Positions 38,586 to 52,292 of a stretch of DNA of 64,000 nucleotides are shown piece after piece; the stretch's first letter is position 1, and every line of letters begins with the position of its first letter. Location of the stretch: assembly GCA_951406725.2 (NCBI GenBank), contig OX597830.1, positions 33,294,001 through 33,358,000 of the forward strand, given 5' to 3'. Source of the DNA: Octopus vulgaris (taxonomy: Eukaryota). A program made the translations under genes and the position numbers. The notes beneath the pieces were generated by a model. That model was not told the origin of the DNA. It searched no databases and saw nothing but the letters and a program-made list of their open reading frames with translations.

Positions 38586-39157
38586 GTGTGGTAAGTAGCT
38601 TGCTTGCCAACCACATGGTTCCGGGTGCAATCCCACTGAATGGCACCTTGGGCAAGTGTCTTCTACTATAGCCTTGGGCGGACCAAAGCCTTGTGAGAGG
38701 ATTTAATAGATGGAAACTGAAAGAAGCCCGTCATATATACATCATCATCATCATCGTTTAACGTAAAAGAGATGAACATAAAAGAGATGAAATTCTACTA
38801 AACACTTTCCCCCACATGATTATGAGTCTGCTAGCTCACTACCTTAAGTAATAGTAGTTTGTTCCTTCTCAAGCCATGCCTAGCTCATTTAGGGCTGGTT
38901 TCTTGGTTTCCTTGGCATATAGGCTCCCCACCTGGATCGGACGCTTGTCCGTCGCAGGTGAGCTGCAAGATGCAGGAGGAAAGAGTGAGTGAAAGTTGTG
39001 GCGAATGAGTCAGCAGAAGTTTGCCATTACCTTCTGCAGAGCCGCATGGAGCTTAGGTGTTTCACTCATAAACACATGTATTGCCTGGTCTAAGATTTGA
39101 ACCCATGATCCCTCGATTGTGAGTCCGCTGCTCTAACCAGTAGGCCATGTGCCTCCT
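38586..39157. mobile_element. SINE A head (+), Meta-SINE tail stub and tRNA-headed SINE E variant (-)
   Basis: GAAAGTTGTGGCGAA and GGAGCTTAGGTGTTT blocks shared with 22440-22620. Confidence 0.7.
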
Positions 39158-39179
39158 ACGTAGTAGTAGTACTATACTA

Positions 39180-39550
39180 TTATTACCTCCGCCTTAGTTA
39201 ATGTGGAGGTATTGTTTTCAGTTGTGTTTGTTTGTTTGTTTGTTTGTCCGTGGACAAGAAATCCCAAGAACCGCTGGATGGATTCAGATGAACCTTTCAG
39301 GAATGTTTGGCCTCATAACTGGCACGAACTGATTAGAGCTTGGAATCGATCTGGATATAAGGATTCTGGATTATTTTTCCTGTTTTTTTTTTTTACTTAA
39401 TTTTTGGTTCATTCTTAGCATTCTCATTTGTCAGAGCAGTCGAGTTTATTTCAGATATTCTCATTTTAAAAATCATCTCTGGTTAACCGTTGAGAGGACG
39501 TTGGTGTTGCCTTGGTGGAGGTTTGTGCTCTCTGAGTGCACTTGTTACTA
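39180..39550 (+). mobile_element. Helentron/HINE-type non-autonomous element
   Basis: TTATTACCTCCGCC start with short hairpin, (GTTT)n, subterminal inverted GGTGGAGGT at ~39514, 3' hairpin GTGCTCTCTGAGTGCAC. Confidence 0.65.
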
Positions 39551-40088
39551 TTGGAGTGTATGTACTTTTGCTTGTTGTGTAGAGAACCATTTGGTACCAA
39601 CACCTTCTGCATGAGGGGCTTTGCATGCTGTAGCTTATGAAATGCCAGATACAAACTGAGGCAGCAGCTTCTACAGAAACGTTTGGATGCTCAGTAGGTG
39701 TGGTCATCTTTTGTATCAGGAATATTTTTTCCCCACTGCCAGCTTCTTCAATAGAACTGCAAACTTTAGTTAATCAATGAGCCAGACTGGGTACCTGGCT
39801 TCTGGAATATTATCAAGTGAGAAGAGCCCTTTATCAGTCAGGCAATGCAAACAGAACTTCCATAGTGTGACACGGTGGACTAATGATGGGGGAAAGGAGT
39901 TGGGTGCTTGAAACTGTTCTGGAGAACTGGTGACTCTGTTCTGTTTGCTGAATCAAGGTTAATCTGTGGTTTAACAAGACCAATATTTGGATATGTTGAC
40001 AAGGAAGTCTCTATGTAGTTACTTAAGCTGATGTGGAGAAAAGACCTGAACTCCCTCATATCACACTGTATCAACTTAAAACACAAAT

Positions 40089-40534
40089 ATTCTTTTCTAC
40101 TCTAGGCACAAGGCACAAATTTTTTGGAGGGGGCAGTCGATTAGATCGATCACAGTATGCAACTGGTACTTAATTTATTGACTCCTGAAAGGATGAAAGG
40201 CAAAGTTGACCCCAGTAGATTTTGAACTCAGAACGTAAAGACCAGATGAAACACTGCTAAGTATTTCACCTGGCAAACTAACAATACTATCAGCTCACCA
40301 CCTTTCTCGACTCATATATTCTTTTCTACTCTAGGCACAAGGTCTGAAATTTTGGGGGAGGAGACCAGTCGATTACATCGACCCCAGTATGCAACTGGTA
40401 CTTAATTTATCGACCCCGAAATGATGAAAGGCAAAGTCGACCCCGGCAGAATTTGAACTCAGAGCGTAAAGAGAGATGAAATACCGCTAAGCATTTCGCC
40501 CGGTATGCTAATGGTTCTGCCAGCTCGCTGCCTT
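40089..40534 (-). mobile_element. Two tandem Nin-domain SINEs
   Basis: Each starts TTCTTTTCTACTCTAGGCACAAGG and ends CAGCTC(A/G)C. Confidence 0.88.
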
Positions 40535-42614
40535 ACTTCAAACATATTGTCATTGCCATCATCATTGTCATGATCGTTGTTGCTGTTACCATTTTCATCA
40601 GCATCATCGTCATCAACTTTGTCATTGTTGTGGGTGTCATTGTTGTCATTGTCGTCCTCATTGTTATCATCTCATTATCATAATTTTCATCATTGTCGCA
40701 GTTGCTGTTATCATCATTGCTGTCGTTGCTTTTGGTGCTGGCATCATCATTACCATTTTCCTCTTCACTGCTGCCACAACTTCTGTTATCATCGCCATCA
40801 TCAACATCATCATTATTATTGTCATCATGGATAGAAGAAACAAGAAATTGCATTAATAGCAGCAACAACAATACAACGAACAATAAAACACTTCACCAAA
40901 ATACAGTTAAGAGCAATTTCAGTGACAAAAACATCAACAGTAAAAGATGCAATGTCAAGGCAGATGAAAGGTTCTTCTTGACAACTAGTAAATATATCAG
41001 AAACAAAGTAAGCCATTGGAACAGTGCTGATTGAGCTAGTATGGATTAGATGCTCTGTGGCAACAGGCAAGTGCACATGTTTTGTGCAGTGCACTGGAAG
41101 TTAAGACAGCTAGTGTGGAGTACTATCAATTTTACCATCAGCTTTGATTGTCGTTGATAAAGTGGTTGTCATGAACATTGGCTTTGTGTTAATGTGTGCA
41201 TGTGAACATGATTGCATGTGTTTGTGTATGTGTGTGTATATGTGTGTATATGTGCATGTTTGTGTATATGTGCATGCATGTGTGAATGCATTAGGAACAA
41301 ATCCTGTGAAGAAGAAGGTGGCAGAAAAACTCTTGCATTATATTTTAATATATTTTTTTATCTGTCTTTCATTTTGTTTTTTCTCTTTGTTACATTTTGA
41401 AAAATCTTGTCTTTGCTTTAAATTTCCATTATTTAGTTAATCCACTATTGTTTAGGGATCTGTATGAATTCTGTATACTGGTGTTACGTTTTTCTAGCAA
41501 TCCAGATTTGTGACACAGATTCATTTTAAGTTGGGACTGTTTTGTTTCAGCTTCAAATCCTCAAATGTTTGGTTGTATTTCACTTGTGATACATTTTTTA
41601 AAGATGACACTTTCCCTATGGCCTAGAATAGCAGAAAGAATCCAAGAGTTTAAGACAAGAATCCAAGTTTCCTTCTTACCCCTATTCAGCATCTCTTTAT
41701 CCTCTGTTCGTGCTTACCTGGCATTGATATTTGCTGGATACTCTTTCAGTGTTGTCCTGAGACTGTCAGATCATAAATCTGTTTGTGTGTGTGTGTGTGT
41801 CTGTGTGTGTGCATTCATGCATGTGTGTGTATGGGTGTGTGTGCATAAATATCAGGAAGTCTGTTGTTTCAGTAAATATCTCCAGTTCTTGACAGCTGAT
41901 GTTCTATCACTTACCATAGTTTATATGGAAGAAGTTACCACTTCTTCATTAGTGAAGACAACCTACATTCATTTATAATGATATAATGATCAGTTCTGAT
42001 GAGAGGATAGGTCTAACATTTAAGCTAACATTTCACATGCCCACACCGAGATTCTTATTTAATATTCATCCCCTCCTAACAAGACCCCAAAAGATCTCAG
42101 GCTGGAAAGCAAATATTGAAGATCAAGCAACATCTGAGAAGCAGTGGCCGCTGTAGTAGTGGGTAGAAATGGCAGGGAGAAGATGCAGTAAATCTGTGAG
42201 CCAGAAACTGAAGTGAGTAGGTGAGATAATTTGTTCCAATCTGTACTGAGTGGTATTTCTTCGGATGCAGTCTTTGGATGCAATTGTAGTGATGCTGGTT
42301 GGTTATGTGCATGTGAGGCTGTGAGTGAATGATATAACAACACTATGCAAGTGTTTAATAGTAACTTTTGTTTCACTGTGCAAATAATACTGAGGTTGAT
42401 TGTGAATTATAAAATTCCACAACAGGCTGACACAATCATCGAATGAATAATTCAGTTGTGTTCATAAATAGTTGATTACAAAAGTTCTGTATTGAACTTT
42501 GTGACAACAGGAGAAAATATACACAGTTGATTCATTTCAGTCAACTAAATTGACATATCCAAGCTGAGCGACTATCTTAAAGGTGAGAGTGTGTATAGCA
42601 AGTTTGCAGGTTAC

Positions 42615-43120
42615 CATCATCATCATCATCATCATTTAATGTCTGTTGTCCATGCTTGCATGGGTTGGACGGTTTGACTGAGCTGGCACACTGGAAGACT
42701 GCACCAAGCTCCAGCCTGATTTGGAATGGTTTTCTATGTGGGGCCCAACACTCAAAAGGAACTCAGCCACTTTGCCTCCATGAGGCCCAATACTTGAAAG
42801 GAAAAATGTCCAACACTCAAGGAATGATATACTCTGAAAATTGGGGCTAAAACAAGCCTTTATATAACCCTTGTACTGAGATGTTCCAGAAGGAACAGTG
42901 TTTCCCAACCATTCTTTTCCTATGGACCACTTTGATTCCTATTTTTCTCGGATGGACCCTCCTAACCACTCAATGTTCAAAAAAATCCCATTATATTTCT
43001 ATGACTAAATATTATTAAGAATTGTATGAAAAGATACTTAAAATAATTTTTTGTGTAGTAGTAATATAACCAATTCATTTCAAATGAATTTTAATACTAA
43101 AATCTTATATATACCCCAGT
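42615..43120. mobile_element. Meta-SINE 3' fragment followed by a hAT-type MITE remnant (from 42897)
   Basis: (CAT)n-TTAATGTC..CATGGGTTGGACGG; CAGTGTTTCCCAACC end. Confidence 0.55.
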
Positions 43121-44049
43121 AGAGGACAGCTGAACTTGACTGATCTATCATGTGAAATCTGGCTGCTAATTGCCCAATAACTTGGTCTCTCACCTGAACA
43201 AGCTATTGTTATGTCAAGACTTTAACTTCATGATTCAATGACTCGGTTTCAAGTCTAGCTACAGTAGCATGTTTTAAGCAGTTTGGTTGTGAAGGAGCAG
43301 CACAATCTCTTGTGTAGCAGCAATATTAAATTGATGGCCTTACCTGAGCTTTGAAATTGAGAGTCAGAAACTGTTGGTTGCTGAAGTCTTTTCTAGTTCT
43401 GTAGAGAAAATCCAATTTTTGAGATACCATATTTGTTACATTGTGGATGTGTAAGAGGGATTCTTCTGTGGTATTGAGACTTAGCATTTGTAGCAACCTT
43501 GAATGCTGTTCATACTTAGGTGAAGATGCAGTAACGTTTCCATGATATGAAGAGTGATCATGTTTTTTTTTATTTTTGAAGAAGACAAGATTGTCATGAC
43601 CCTCGTTGAAGTAGCATTTCTTGATCTTAGTTCACAAAATCAGCATAGACTCAGTGTGAGGCATTTAGGCTGCATAGATGATATTCAAATGTGCAAGGTT
43701 AGAGATGACTGATATTTAAACCAAATACAAGACTGTTCATTGTGAACAAATTTCTTAATACTCTGCTGGTCTTTAAGAGTATACTACCTTGTAAGTAAAT
43801 AAGCAAGTTGTACTGGAACTTATCTTGTCTTTGAAATCCTAAGCATTTAAGAGGCGTTTTCTTACCTGGATATCTTCATCCCTCACAGGAACATTAAACT
43901 TTAGTATTGCTAGTATAAAAATCGAGAGATATATCAATATAGTCCAGAAGTCTTGACAGACATACTAGTGATGTATTAGAATGGTCTGATAGATTACTTC
44001 TATATACTACAATGTACTCATTGATACTGTATATATAAAAGAATATACC

Positions 44050-44104
<55 letters not shown>

Positions 44105-44341
44105 CACACAGCACTGATAAATGTATTGATATATCATTATAAAGTGTTAGAAATAATAATATGTTTTATTATACTGAGAATTTGATCAATATATTTGTTA
44201 ATATTTATGGCTTTATCCATATATTTTGATTTATTTCTGTATCTATCAATCTTTTTTTCAGCTTTATTGCTTTATATTGCTCTTCCCTCATCACTCTATC
44301 TCCTATTCTCTTCTGGTAGCATTATCTTTCTCTTTTTCTCA

Positions 44342-44396
<55 letters not shown>

Positions 44397-44679
44397 TCCC
44401 TCCCTCCCTCTCTCTCATCTTTTCCTTGCTTAATATGCCTTTTTGGTGCATATGTCATGCAACAAAACCTACTCTATCTCTCTCTCATAAAGCACATTCA
44501 CGTACACATGAACTCACCAATGTATGCATGTAGCTAATATTATATGTATGTGTGTATGTATGTATTTATGTATGTATGTATATATATATATGTATGTATG
44601 CATATATATATATATATATGTATAAATAAATATATATATATACACACATACTTATATATATATATGTGTGTCTGTGTGC

Positions 44680-44722
<43 letters not shown>

Positions 44723-44772
44723 TACATATATATATATATATATATACATATGTATATATATATATGCATGTG

Positions 44773-44803
<31 letters not shown>

Positions 44804-45403
44804 ATATATACACACATACACATGTATATGTGTGCGTGTATGTGTGTGTACATGTGTATATATAGTCATGTGTAATGGAGAGAGAGAGAGAGAGAGAAAT
44901 GCTGGATGATGTAGATGTTGATGATCAATCAAAATGATCCATGATTAGGTATGATTTGTACTATTACTTATTTCTCTCTCTCTCTCTCCCCAAACCACCT
45001 GCTGGCCAACTCCCACAGCACCTCTCACTCACCCACTCGCGATCCCCCCCCCCCCAACGCACATATAAATGCACAAAGACCTTAATGTATGAATGCATTT
45101 CTTTGTTTCATGGAGTTTGCTTCATTGATAATAACAAGTTCCACTCTTTCTTCCGTAGGTGAATGGCTAAGGAAATAATTAAGTCATCCAGTGATAAAAA
45201 CAACCAATCCAACAAACAAACACCTGACCCATGTTATCTTTTACTCTCTTTTATCTTTTACTTGTGGTCATTCTGAGGTACCATCTTGATTAAGGAGGGA
45301 TTTTAGGCAAAGGGTATTTATTTTACTGGTCTCCTTTGATATCTTTATATATATATTATCTGTAAAAACCTCACTGTTACTTTCTTTTATCTTAAGATTT
45401 ATA

Positions 45404-46082
45404 GGTGTAGGAGTGGCTGTGTGGTAAGTAGCTTGCTTACCAACCACATAGTTCCGGGTTCAGTCCCACTGTGTGGCACCTTGGGAAAGTGTCTTTTACC
45501 ATAGCTTCGGGCTGACCAAAGCCTTGTGAGTGGATTCGGTAGATGGAAACTGAAAGAAGCCCTTCATATATATGTATATATATGTATCATCATCATGATC
45601 ATCATCATCGTTTAATGTCCGTTTTCCGCGCTAGCACGGGTTGGACGGTTTGACCCGGGTCTGGGAAGCCAGGGGCTGCACCAGGCTCCAGTCTGATCTG
45701 GCAGAGTTTCTACAGCTGGATGCCCTTCCTAACGCCAACCACTCCGCGAGTGTAGTGGGTGCTTTTTATGTGCCACCTGCACAGGTGCCAGGGGGGGGGG
45801 GTCCGGCATCGGCCACGATCAGTTGGAGCTTTTAACGTTGGAGCTTTTAACGTATATATATGTATATATATATGTGTGCTTGTGTGTCTGTGTTTGTCCT
45901 CCCAACATCGCTTGACAATCGATGCTGGTGTGTTTACATCCCCGTATCTTAGCGGTTTGGCCAAAGAGACCGATAGAATAAGTACTAGGCTTACAAAGAA
46001 TAAGTCCTGGGGTCAATTTGGTCAACTAAAGGTGGTGCTCCAGCATGACCACAGTCAAATGACTGAAACAAGTAAAAGAGTA
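45404..46082 (+). mobile_element. SINE A with a Meta-SINE (45586-45830, -) nested in its microsatellite
   Basis: Head and tail of A flank the family C copy. Confidence 0.88.
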
Positions 46083-46166
46083 ATTGTAAATTATATTTTC
46101 ATCCCTTCCTTGTTCTGTTCTATCCTTGACTGTCAGTTTCTTAACATACCCACTTTGTTCATTTTA

Positions 46167-46719
46167 TTAGGTTGTCTGGAAAGTTTGTGCTGATTTTTAA
46201 AGGAAAGGAAAAGGTCAATAAATACTTGCCATTACATTTTTAATCAACCAAATATGAACCATTTTGTTGCACAATGCATCTCCATCTTTCATTAAACTTG
46301 AAAATACCCTCTTCCTAGACTTGAGGTGGTTTCATGGCAAGGTTTCTTTTTACGTCATCCAAGGAATAGACATTTTTACCATTAAGACTATTCTGCAGAG
46401 ACCTGAATAAGTGGAAATCTGAAGGAGTAATATCTGGTGAATATAGAGGGTGAGGTAACACATCCCAGCCAAGCTGCAGCAATTTTTGTCTGGTTCCAAA
46501 GCATCAAGTGCCAAAAATGAACTTTCTTATCTTCCATTTTAAAGGGTTACAGAATTAACACAGGTTATAGGAACATAAATCTTCTTCCATGAAAAGATAG
46601 CTTAAACTGTGTTCTAAATGGAGGTGTAGTCAAATCCTATTTTATGGACTCAACCATGTTCTAAAATAAGTCAAAAGGTAAGCTACTGTAAATCAGCACG
46701 AACTTTCCAGACAACCCAA
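46167..46719 (-). mobile_element. Internally deleted mariner transposon
   Basis: 30-bp TIRs TTAGGTTGTCTGGAAAGTTTGTGCTGATTT (2 mismatches), TA on both sides; minus strand RQKLLQLGWDVLPHPLYSPDITPSDFHLFRSLQNSL. Confidence 0.92.
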
Positions 46720-47143
46720 TATATACTGGTCACTTTTACTGTAGCCTTACTTGCTTGGAAATTAATTGATTACTCAACAAATTCATAGTTCGACTCTGTT
46801 TTAAATACCGCTTGATGAGTGTCAGGATTGCATCGTGTATGACAAATCCAAGCTATTATATTATGCTGACATCAAACAAAGCTTGTCAGAAAACCAATTG
46901 TCACAAAATTTATAATCCATTGCTTTGTTCATTTATCAATATGGCTGTGTCCTACCTCAAGGGTTACCAGACTACGGCCCACAAGCTGCATCTGGCCCGT
47001 GAGGTCAGTTCATCCGGCCTGCCACCACACTGTACCTTTTGTGTAAGTATCTGCAATGAGTGCTCATTTACCTCTGGTATGGCATCAGTATTTGGAACAA
47101 TTTATGTGAAATTGTTCGCATTATAACTTGACATTATAACTTA

Positions 47144-47890
47144 AGGTAGTATGCTGGCAGAACTGTTAGCACGCCAGCAAAATGCTTAGCAGTATTTCGT
47201 CTGTCTTTACATTCTGAGTTCAAATACCGCCAAGGTCAATTTTGTCTTTCATCCATTTGGTGTTGATAAAATAAGTACCAATTGAGTAATGGGTCGATGT
47301 AATTGACTGTCTCCCTCCATGCCAAATTTCAGGCCTTGTGCCTTTAATAGAAAGGATTACAATTTGACAGTAACAACACGTGCTAAGATTTCTTTTTAAG
47401 AAATGGATCTTGAAACTTGTATGTAGCTATAAGTAAATGGCGGTGAGCTGACAGAAGAGGTGGTGAGCTGGTAGAATTGTAAGCATGCCGAGCAAAATGC
47501 TTAGCACTACTTTCTGAGTTCAAATTCCGCCGAGGTCGACTTTGCCTTTCATCCTTTCGGGGTCGATAAATTAAATACCAGTTACGCACTGGGGTTGATG
47601 TAATCGACTTAATTCCTTTGTCTGTCCTTGTTTGTTCCCTCTATGTTTAGTCCCTTGTGGGCAATAAAGCAAAAAGAAACATTAGCATGCTGGGCAAAAT
47701 GCTTAGCGGTATTTCATCTGTCGTTATGTTCTGAGTTCAAACTCTGCCAAGGTTGACTTTGCCTTTCATCCTTTCGGGGTCGATTAAATAAGTACCAGTT
47801 ACACACTGGGGTTGATGTAATCGACTTAATCTCTTTGTCTGTCCTTGTTTGTTCCCTCTATGTTTAGCCCCCTGTGGGCAATAAAAAAAT
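47144..47890 (+). mobile_element. Three co-oriented Nin-domain SINEs
   Basis: GCCTTTCATCCTTTCGGGGTCGAT core repeated. Confidence 0.88.
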
Positions 47891-48114
47891 ATATAAGTAA
47901 ACAGTAAATCGAAAATCCTTTTTGGACAGAAAAAGTTGAAAGCTACCTGTGGGAAATTGTTGATCCAAAAGAGATTTTCATCCCAATTTGTACACAATAT
48001 TATTTATAGGTTTAGATGTACTTCAAGTTCCAATTCCAAAAATATGTATTTCACATTCTCTCAAATGTTTATAAATTCATATGACATCAAAAGCATTGAT
48101 ATAAATAACTAGAT

Positions 48115-48475
48115 CAGTAGTTCTCAAGGGGGGTCCGTATGGCCCCTGAGGGTTCATATTATACTTCTGGGGGTCCAGGCAACAAAACAGTAAATTGGGA
48201 AACCACAGATAGTATTTATTATAAGAACCCCTGAAAAGATTTTGCTTTAAATATATGTATTGGTATGTATTGCAAGAAACAGCTAGGTTTCTTTCTCTAA
48301 CATTTTACAAGGTTCAACCTACACAAGTTAATGTGTGAAAAACGAAACAAGAATTTTCAAAGAAGCTTCTAGGAAACTAGTTTTTAGATATTGAATGAAT
48401 ATTGGGCCTTCTAGAATCACCATATAATAGTAATCAAATGGGTCCATATGTAAAAATTGTTTGAGGACCCTTGGT
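48115..48475. mobile_element. hAT (Charlie-like) MITE
   Basis: CAGTAGTTCTCAA ... TTGAGGACCCTTG degenerate TIRs. Confidence 0.55.
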
Positions 48476-48505
48476 TTACATGAAGTATTGTCTGATTTAG
48501 ATTAA

Positions 48506-48725
48506 CCCTTTCATTACTATATTTATTTTGAGATGCTGTGTGTTTCTTTCAATTATTTTAAATATAACAAAGAATTTATTAAAATAACTTAGTTATCATT
48601 AAGCTAGTGTTAGGAACTTAAATTGTGACTAAGGTTTGGTGGAAGATTTTAATTCAAAACTTAGGAAAACAAGACATTTGTACTCAGAGCCAGAGCTGAT
48701 TTCAGCCAGGTTGGTAATGAAAGGG
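48506..48725. mobile_element. piggyBac-type MITE; decayed relatives at ~54640-54960 and ~56925-57115
   Basis: TTAA|CCCTTTCATTAC ... GTAATGAAAGGG|TTAT. Confidence 0.8.
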
Positions 48726-49330
48726 TTATAGGTTTTTTAAAAAATTTTCTGTTAAAAGTCAAAACAATGCAAGTTATAAGAAACAAGATAAGTCAATTTT
48801 GGGGTATATATTTTCTATCTTTTACTTGTTTCTGTCCTTAGGCAGTTACCATACTGGGGCATTCATATATACGTGCATGTGCACACACACATATTTGTGC
48901 GTGTGTGTTTGCATGCATGTGCATGTGTATGTATTTTTGCATCTGTTTGTATATATATTTATGTGTGCATGTAAAAGTGTGTGTGTGTGTATGTGTGTAT
49001 ATGTGTCTACCATGTGTCCTCACTAACACTGCCGGAGCAAAATGCAGAGTCTCTGTTTACATTTTCTAGTAAGCAAGACATCTAGTCCTTTCAGTGAGTA
49101 ACAACCTACCACTGGAATGAATATAGCTTACTTAGAATACAGCTAATGATTGAACAACAGAAAGAGCTCCATCCATACAAAATTTGGCTTGACAAGTTTT
49201 GTCTGACTGATACCAGCCTGGAAAGAAACAGAAATAAAAGAATGACAATGATCAATGATACACACATACACAAACACACACATTGGTGAGGAAGTCCTCT
49301 TATAGCTTCTGCTTACATGTTTGTTTATTA

Positions 49331-49418
49331 AAAATCCCCTGAAGATAGAGGGGTTTTGCCATGATGTAATCTAAGGATGCATCAATAAGATGGTGCCGAA
49401 ACAGCTGTCATGAATTTT
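49331..49418 (+). ncRNA. Degenerate hammerhead motif
   Basis: CTGAAGA (49339) or CTAAGGA (49371), GCATCA/TGGTGC stem, GAAAC-AGCT-GTC with palindrome ACAGCTGT. Confidence 0.45.
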
Positions 49419-49505
49419 GAACCCAATTTGTGTTCTTCTTTTATACATCCATACATATATACATACACACACATACATATACGTGTGTATATATATATAT
49501 ATATT

Positions 49506-50008
49506 ATCATCATCATCATGATCATCATCATTGTTTAACGTCCTCTTTCAATGCTAGCATGGGTTAGGCGATTTGACTGAGGACTGGCGAACCAGATGGC
49601 TGCACCAGACTCCAATCTTGACCTGGCAGAGTTTCTACAGCTGGATGCCCTTCCTAACGCCAACCACACTGAGAGTGTAGTGGGTGCTTTTATGTGGCAC
49701 CAGTGAGGCAGTACTGGAAATAGCCATGCTCAAATGGTGTTTTTTACATGCCACTTGCTCAGGAGCCAGTCCAGCGGCACTAGCAATGACCTCGCTCAAA
49801 TGATTTTCCATGTGCCACCGGCACAAGTGCCAGTAAGGCGACGCTGATAATGGCCGCACTCAAATGGTGTTTTTTCCGCACCACCTGCACAGGAGCCAGT
49901 CCAGCGGCACTGGCAATGACCTCGCTCAAATGTTTTTTTCATGTGCCAGTAAGGCGACGCTGATAACGATCACACTTGAATGGTGCTTTTTATGTGCCAC
50001 TGGCACGG
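49506..50008 (-). mobile_element. Meta-domain SINE with internal alternating tandem modules
   Basis: GGAGCCAGTCCAGCGGCACT and TGCCAGTAAGGCGACGCTGATAA modules each repeated. Confidence 0.85.
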
Positions 50009-51139
50009 TATATATATGTGTATGTGTGTGTGTTGAAATGTATTTGTGTAGATGGATATTTGTTTGCGATGTACATGAGTGTTTTTGCATGTGTGTGTGT
50101 GTATGTGTGTGTTTGTGTTTACCGGGGCTGGTGGTTAAGTAGGGTGTTGTTCACTCTGGAGAGTCTTTTTCATTAGAGCTTAAGTCACTGATCATATCTA
50201 CTTAAGCATTGATATACAAACAAGTCTTTAAACCCCATAGCATAAGATCTCTCGCTTAACATGCCCTCCTAAAGTTTTACTGCTCTGCTATAAGATGATC
50301 AATCATATCCGAAAATAAGCGCCCAATAAACTCTCAGTTGCCACACATGTTTTGATAGATTAGAATTTTACTGCTCATTGATTTTATCCAAAATTATATT
50401 ATTTACTGACAGTTTGAGATGCTAGTGCCTTCATTACATATGGTAAAAGTGATCTGAATGCAAACAGATTAGTTTGCTGAGAACAAGTATTCTGTTTGTT
50501 GAAGTTGCCATTGAATGCAGAGACAATCAGGAATAGAAAATGTTTGTTTACTTTAAACTGATAGCATTAAAACCGGCTGATTCAAATTTGGCAGTATTCC
50601 TTATTGGCAAAACATCATCTACTAGAAACAGTTTGGTAAATAAGGAGTAAAAATTAATTGTGATTAAATGAATTTGGTAGAGAACTTTACAGTTCAATAA
50701 AAGCAACTTTGATGAAGAGCATATCCCATTTTTGTACTATTACATATGGCTACAAAGGTGACACAGAATTGGAAAATGCTGTATAAGTTCCATTAATTTT
50801 CACTTTGAATAAGTCAGGAATTTATTTGTTTTTAGCTTTTTGATATCTGATTATTAATGACATTCAGGATATTGTTATTTAAGTAAAATGATGTTAACTA
50901 TACTAACAGAAAACCTGCATGTTAGTGAAAATAAATTTTTGGAGCAACCGGCTAAAAATGCTGTAAGGGTTACTCGGAATAATTATTCTATCTAAAGAAT
51001 GAGTGTCTTTCTACAAGGCCAACCTTAACAGTTATATATCTGCTTCCAGCATATGAGGATCTTCTATACTATATTTAAATTTAAAATTCTTTTGAAGTTC
51101 TATGCTTTAGAAAGCAAGAGGAATACATTGTTGTTGTTG

Positions 51140-51480
51140 TCAGCATCATTATTTAACATGTGGTTTCTGTGATGGCTTAGGTTGGATGGTTTGACAGGCG
51201 CTGACAAGCCAGAAGACTGTGCTAAGCTCTACTGTCGGTCCTGACATAATTTCTATGACTGGATATCCTTCCTGGTGCCTACCATTTTATGGGGTGTACT
51301 GTATGATTTTTATGTGGATCCAGAACTGATGATGTCAACCGAGTAACTTGCAAGACTAAGGGGAGGACTAATACTGAGGGAGGAGGCTTTGCGTCAGGTG
51401 ACGAGAGATGAAAATATGATTGAGGGACAAAAACAGGTGTCTTGCTGTAGAGAAGAAACATGGCTACTCCAGTCAGAGAG
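51140..51480 (-). mobile_element. Old Meta-SINE variant (homologous to 6962-7362)
   Basis: GAGTAACTTGCAAGAC and CAGGTGTCTTGCTGTAGA blocks. Confidence 0.6.
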
Positions 51481-52031
51481 AGAGAGAGAAAGAGAAAGAG
51501 AGAGGGATGGAGACAGAGAGAGAGAAAGAGAGAGGGACAGAGATAGAGGGAGAAGTTGGTGGCGATGTTCCATGGTGTACTCTCATGGTACAAGGCAAAT
51601 GTAAAGAGGAGTGGTAGAGAAGAGAAGATTGGACAGAGAGATTATAAGAGTTAAAAAAGGAATGAAGTGAAGAAAAAGGGGGAATGCAGTGAGTAGTGAA
51701 CATAGATACATAGGGGAGTGGCAGAAGAGCAATAATAAAGCTGGCAGGAGGGGAAGGACATGTGAGAGAGCTGACAAATTGGTGTTCAGAACAGGGAGGG
51801 AGAGACAAGCTTATTGCATGAAGCGATGATGTAGTTTGGTTCATTGGAGTGCGTGTATGAATTAAAATCATCTGCAGCTGAAGAGCTTATAATAACAAGC
51901 ACTGGCTGATCTCTGTGCAAGAACGATTCAACAGTTACAATGCTTGTTCTTCTCTGGAGTTTCTTTATCTGTTTCAGTACGGTAAATATTCAAATTTTGA
52001 CATCTGTAAGTCTTTGAAAACATTATCCAGT

Positions 52032-52256
52032 TTTACTCTTTTACTTGTTTCAGTCATTTGACTGCGGCCATGCTGGAGCACCGCCTTTAGTTAAGCAAAT
52101 CGAGGCCAGGACTTATTCTTTGTAAGCCTGGTACCTATTCTATTGGTCTCTTTTGCCGAACTGCTAAGTTATGGTGATGTAAACATACCAGCATCAGTTG
52201 TCAAGCAATGTTGGGGGACAAATATAGACACACAAACATATACATACATACATACA

Positions 52257-52292
<36 letters not shown>

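Noticed and set aside
41905-41970. Minus-strand micro-exon ending in GTAAGTG
   Set aside because: Stops in all three frames and a weak acceptor.
41996-42040. Isolated CTGATGA/CTGAAGA heptamers (also ~21301, 51878, 53782, 60475, 63740)
   Set aside because: No correctly placed GAAA, helix II or helix I, so not counted as hammerheads.
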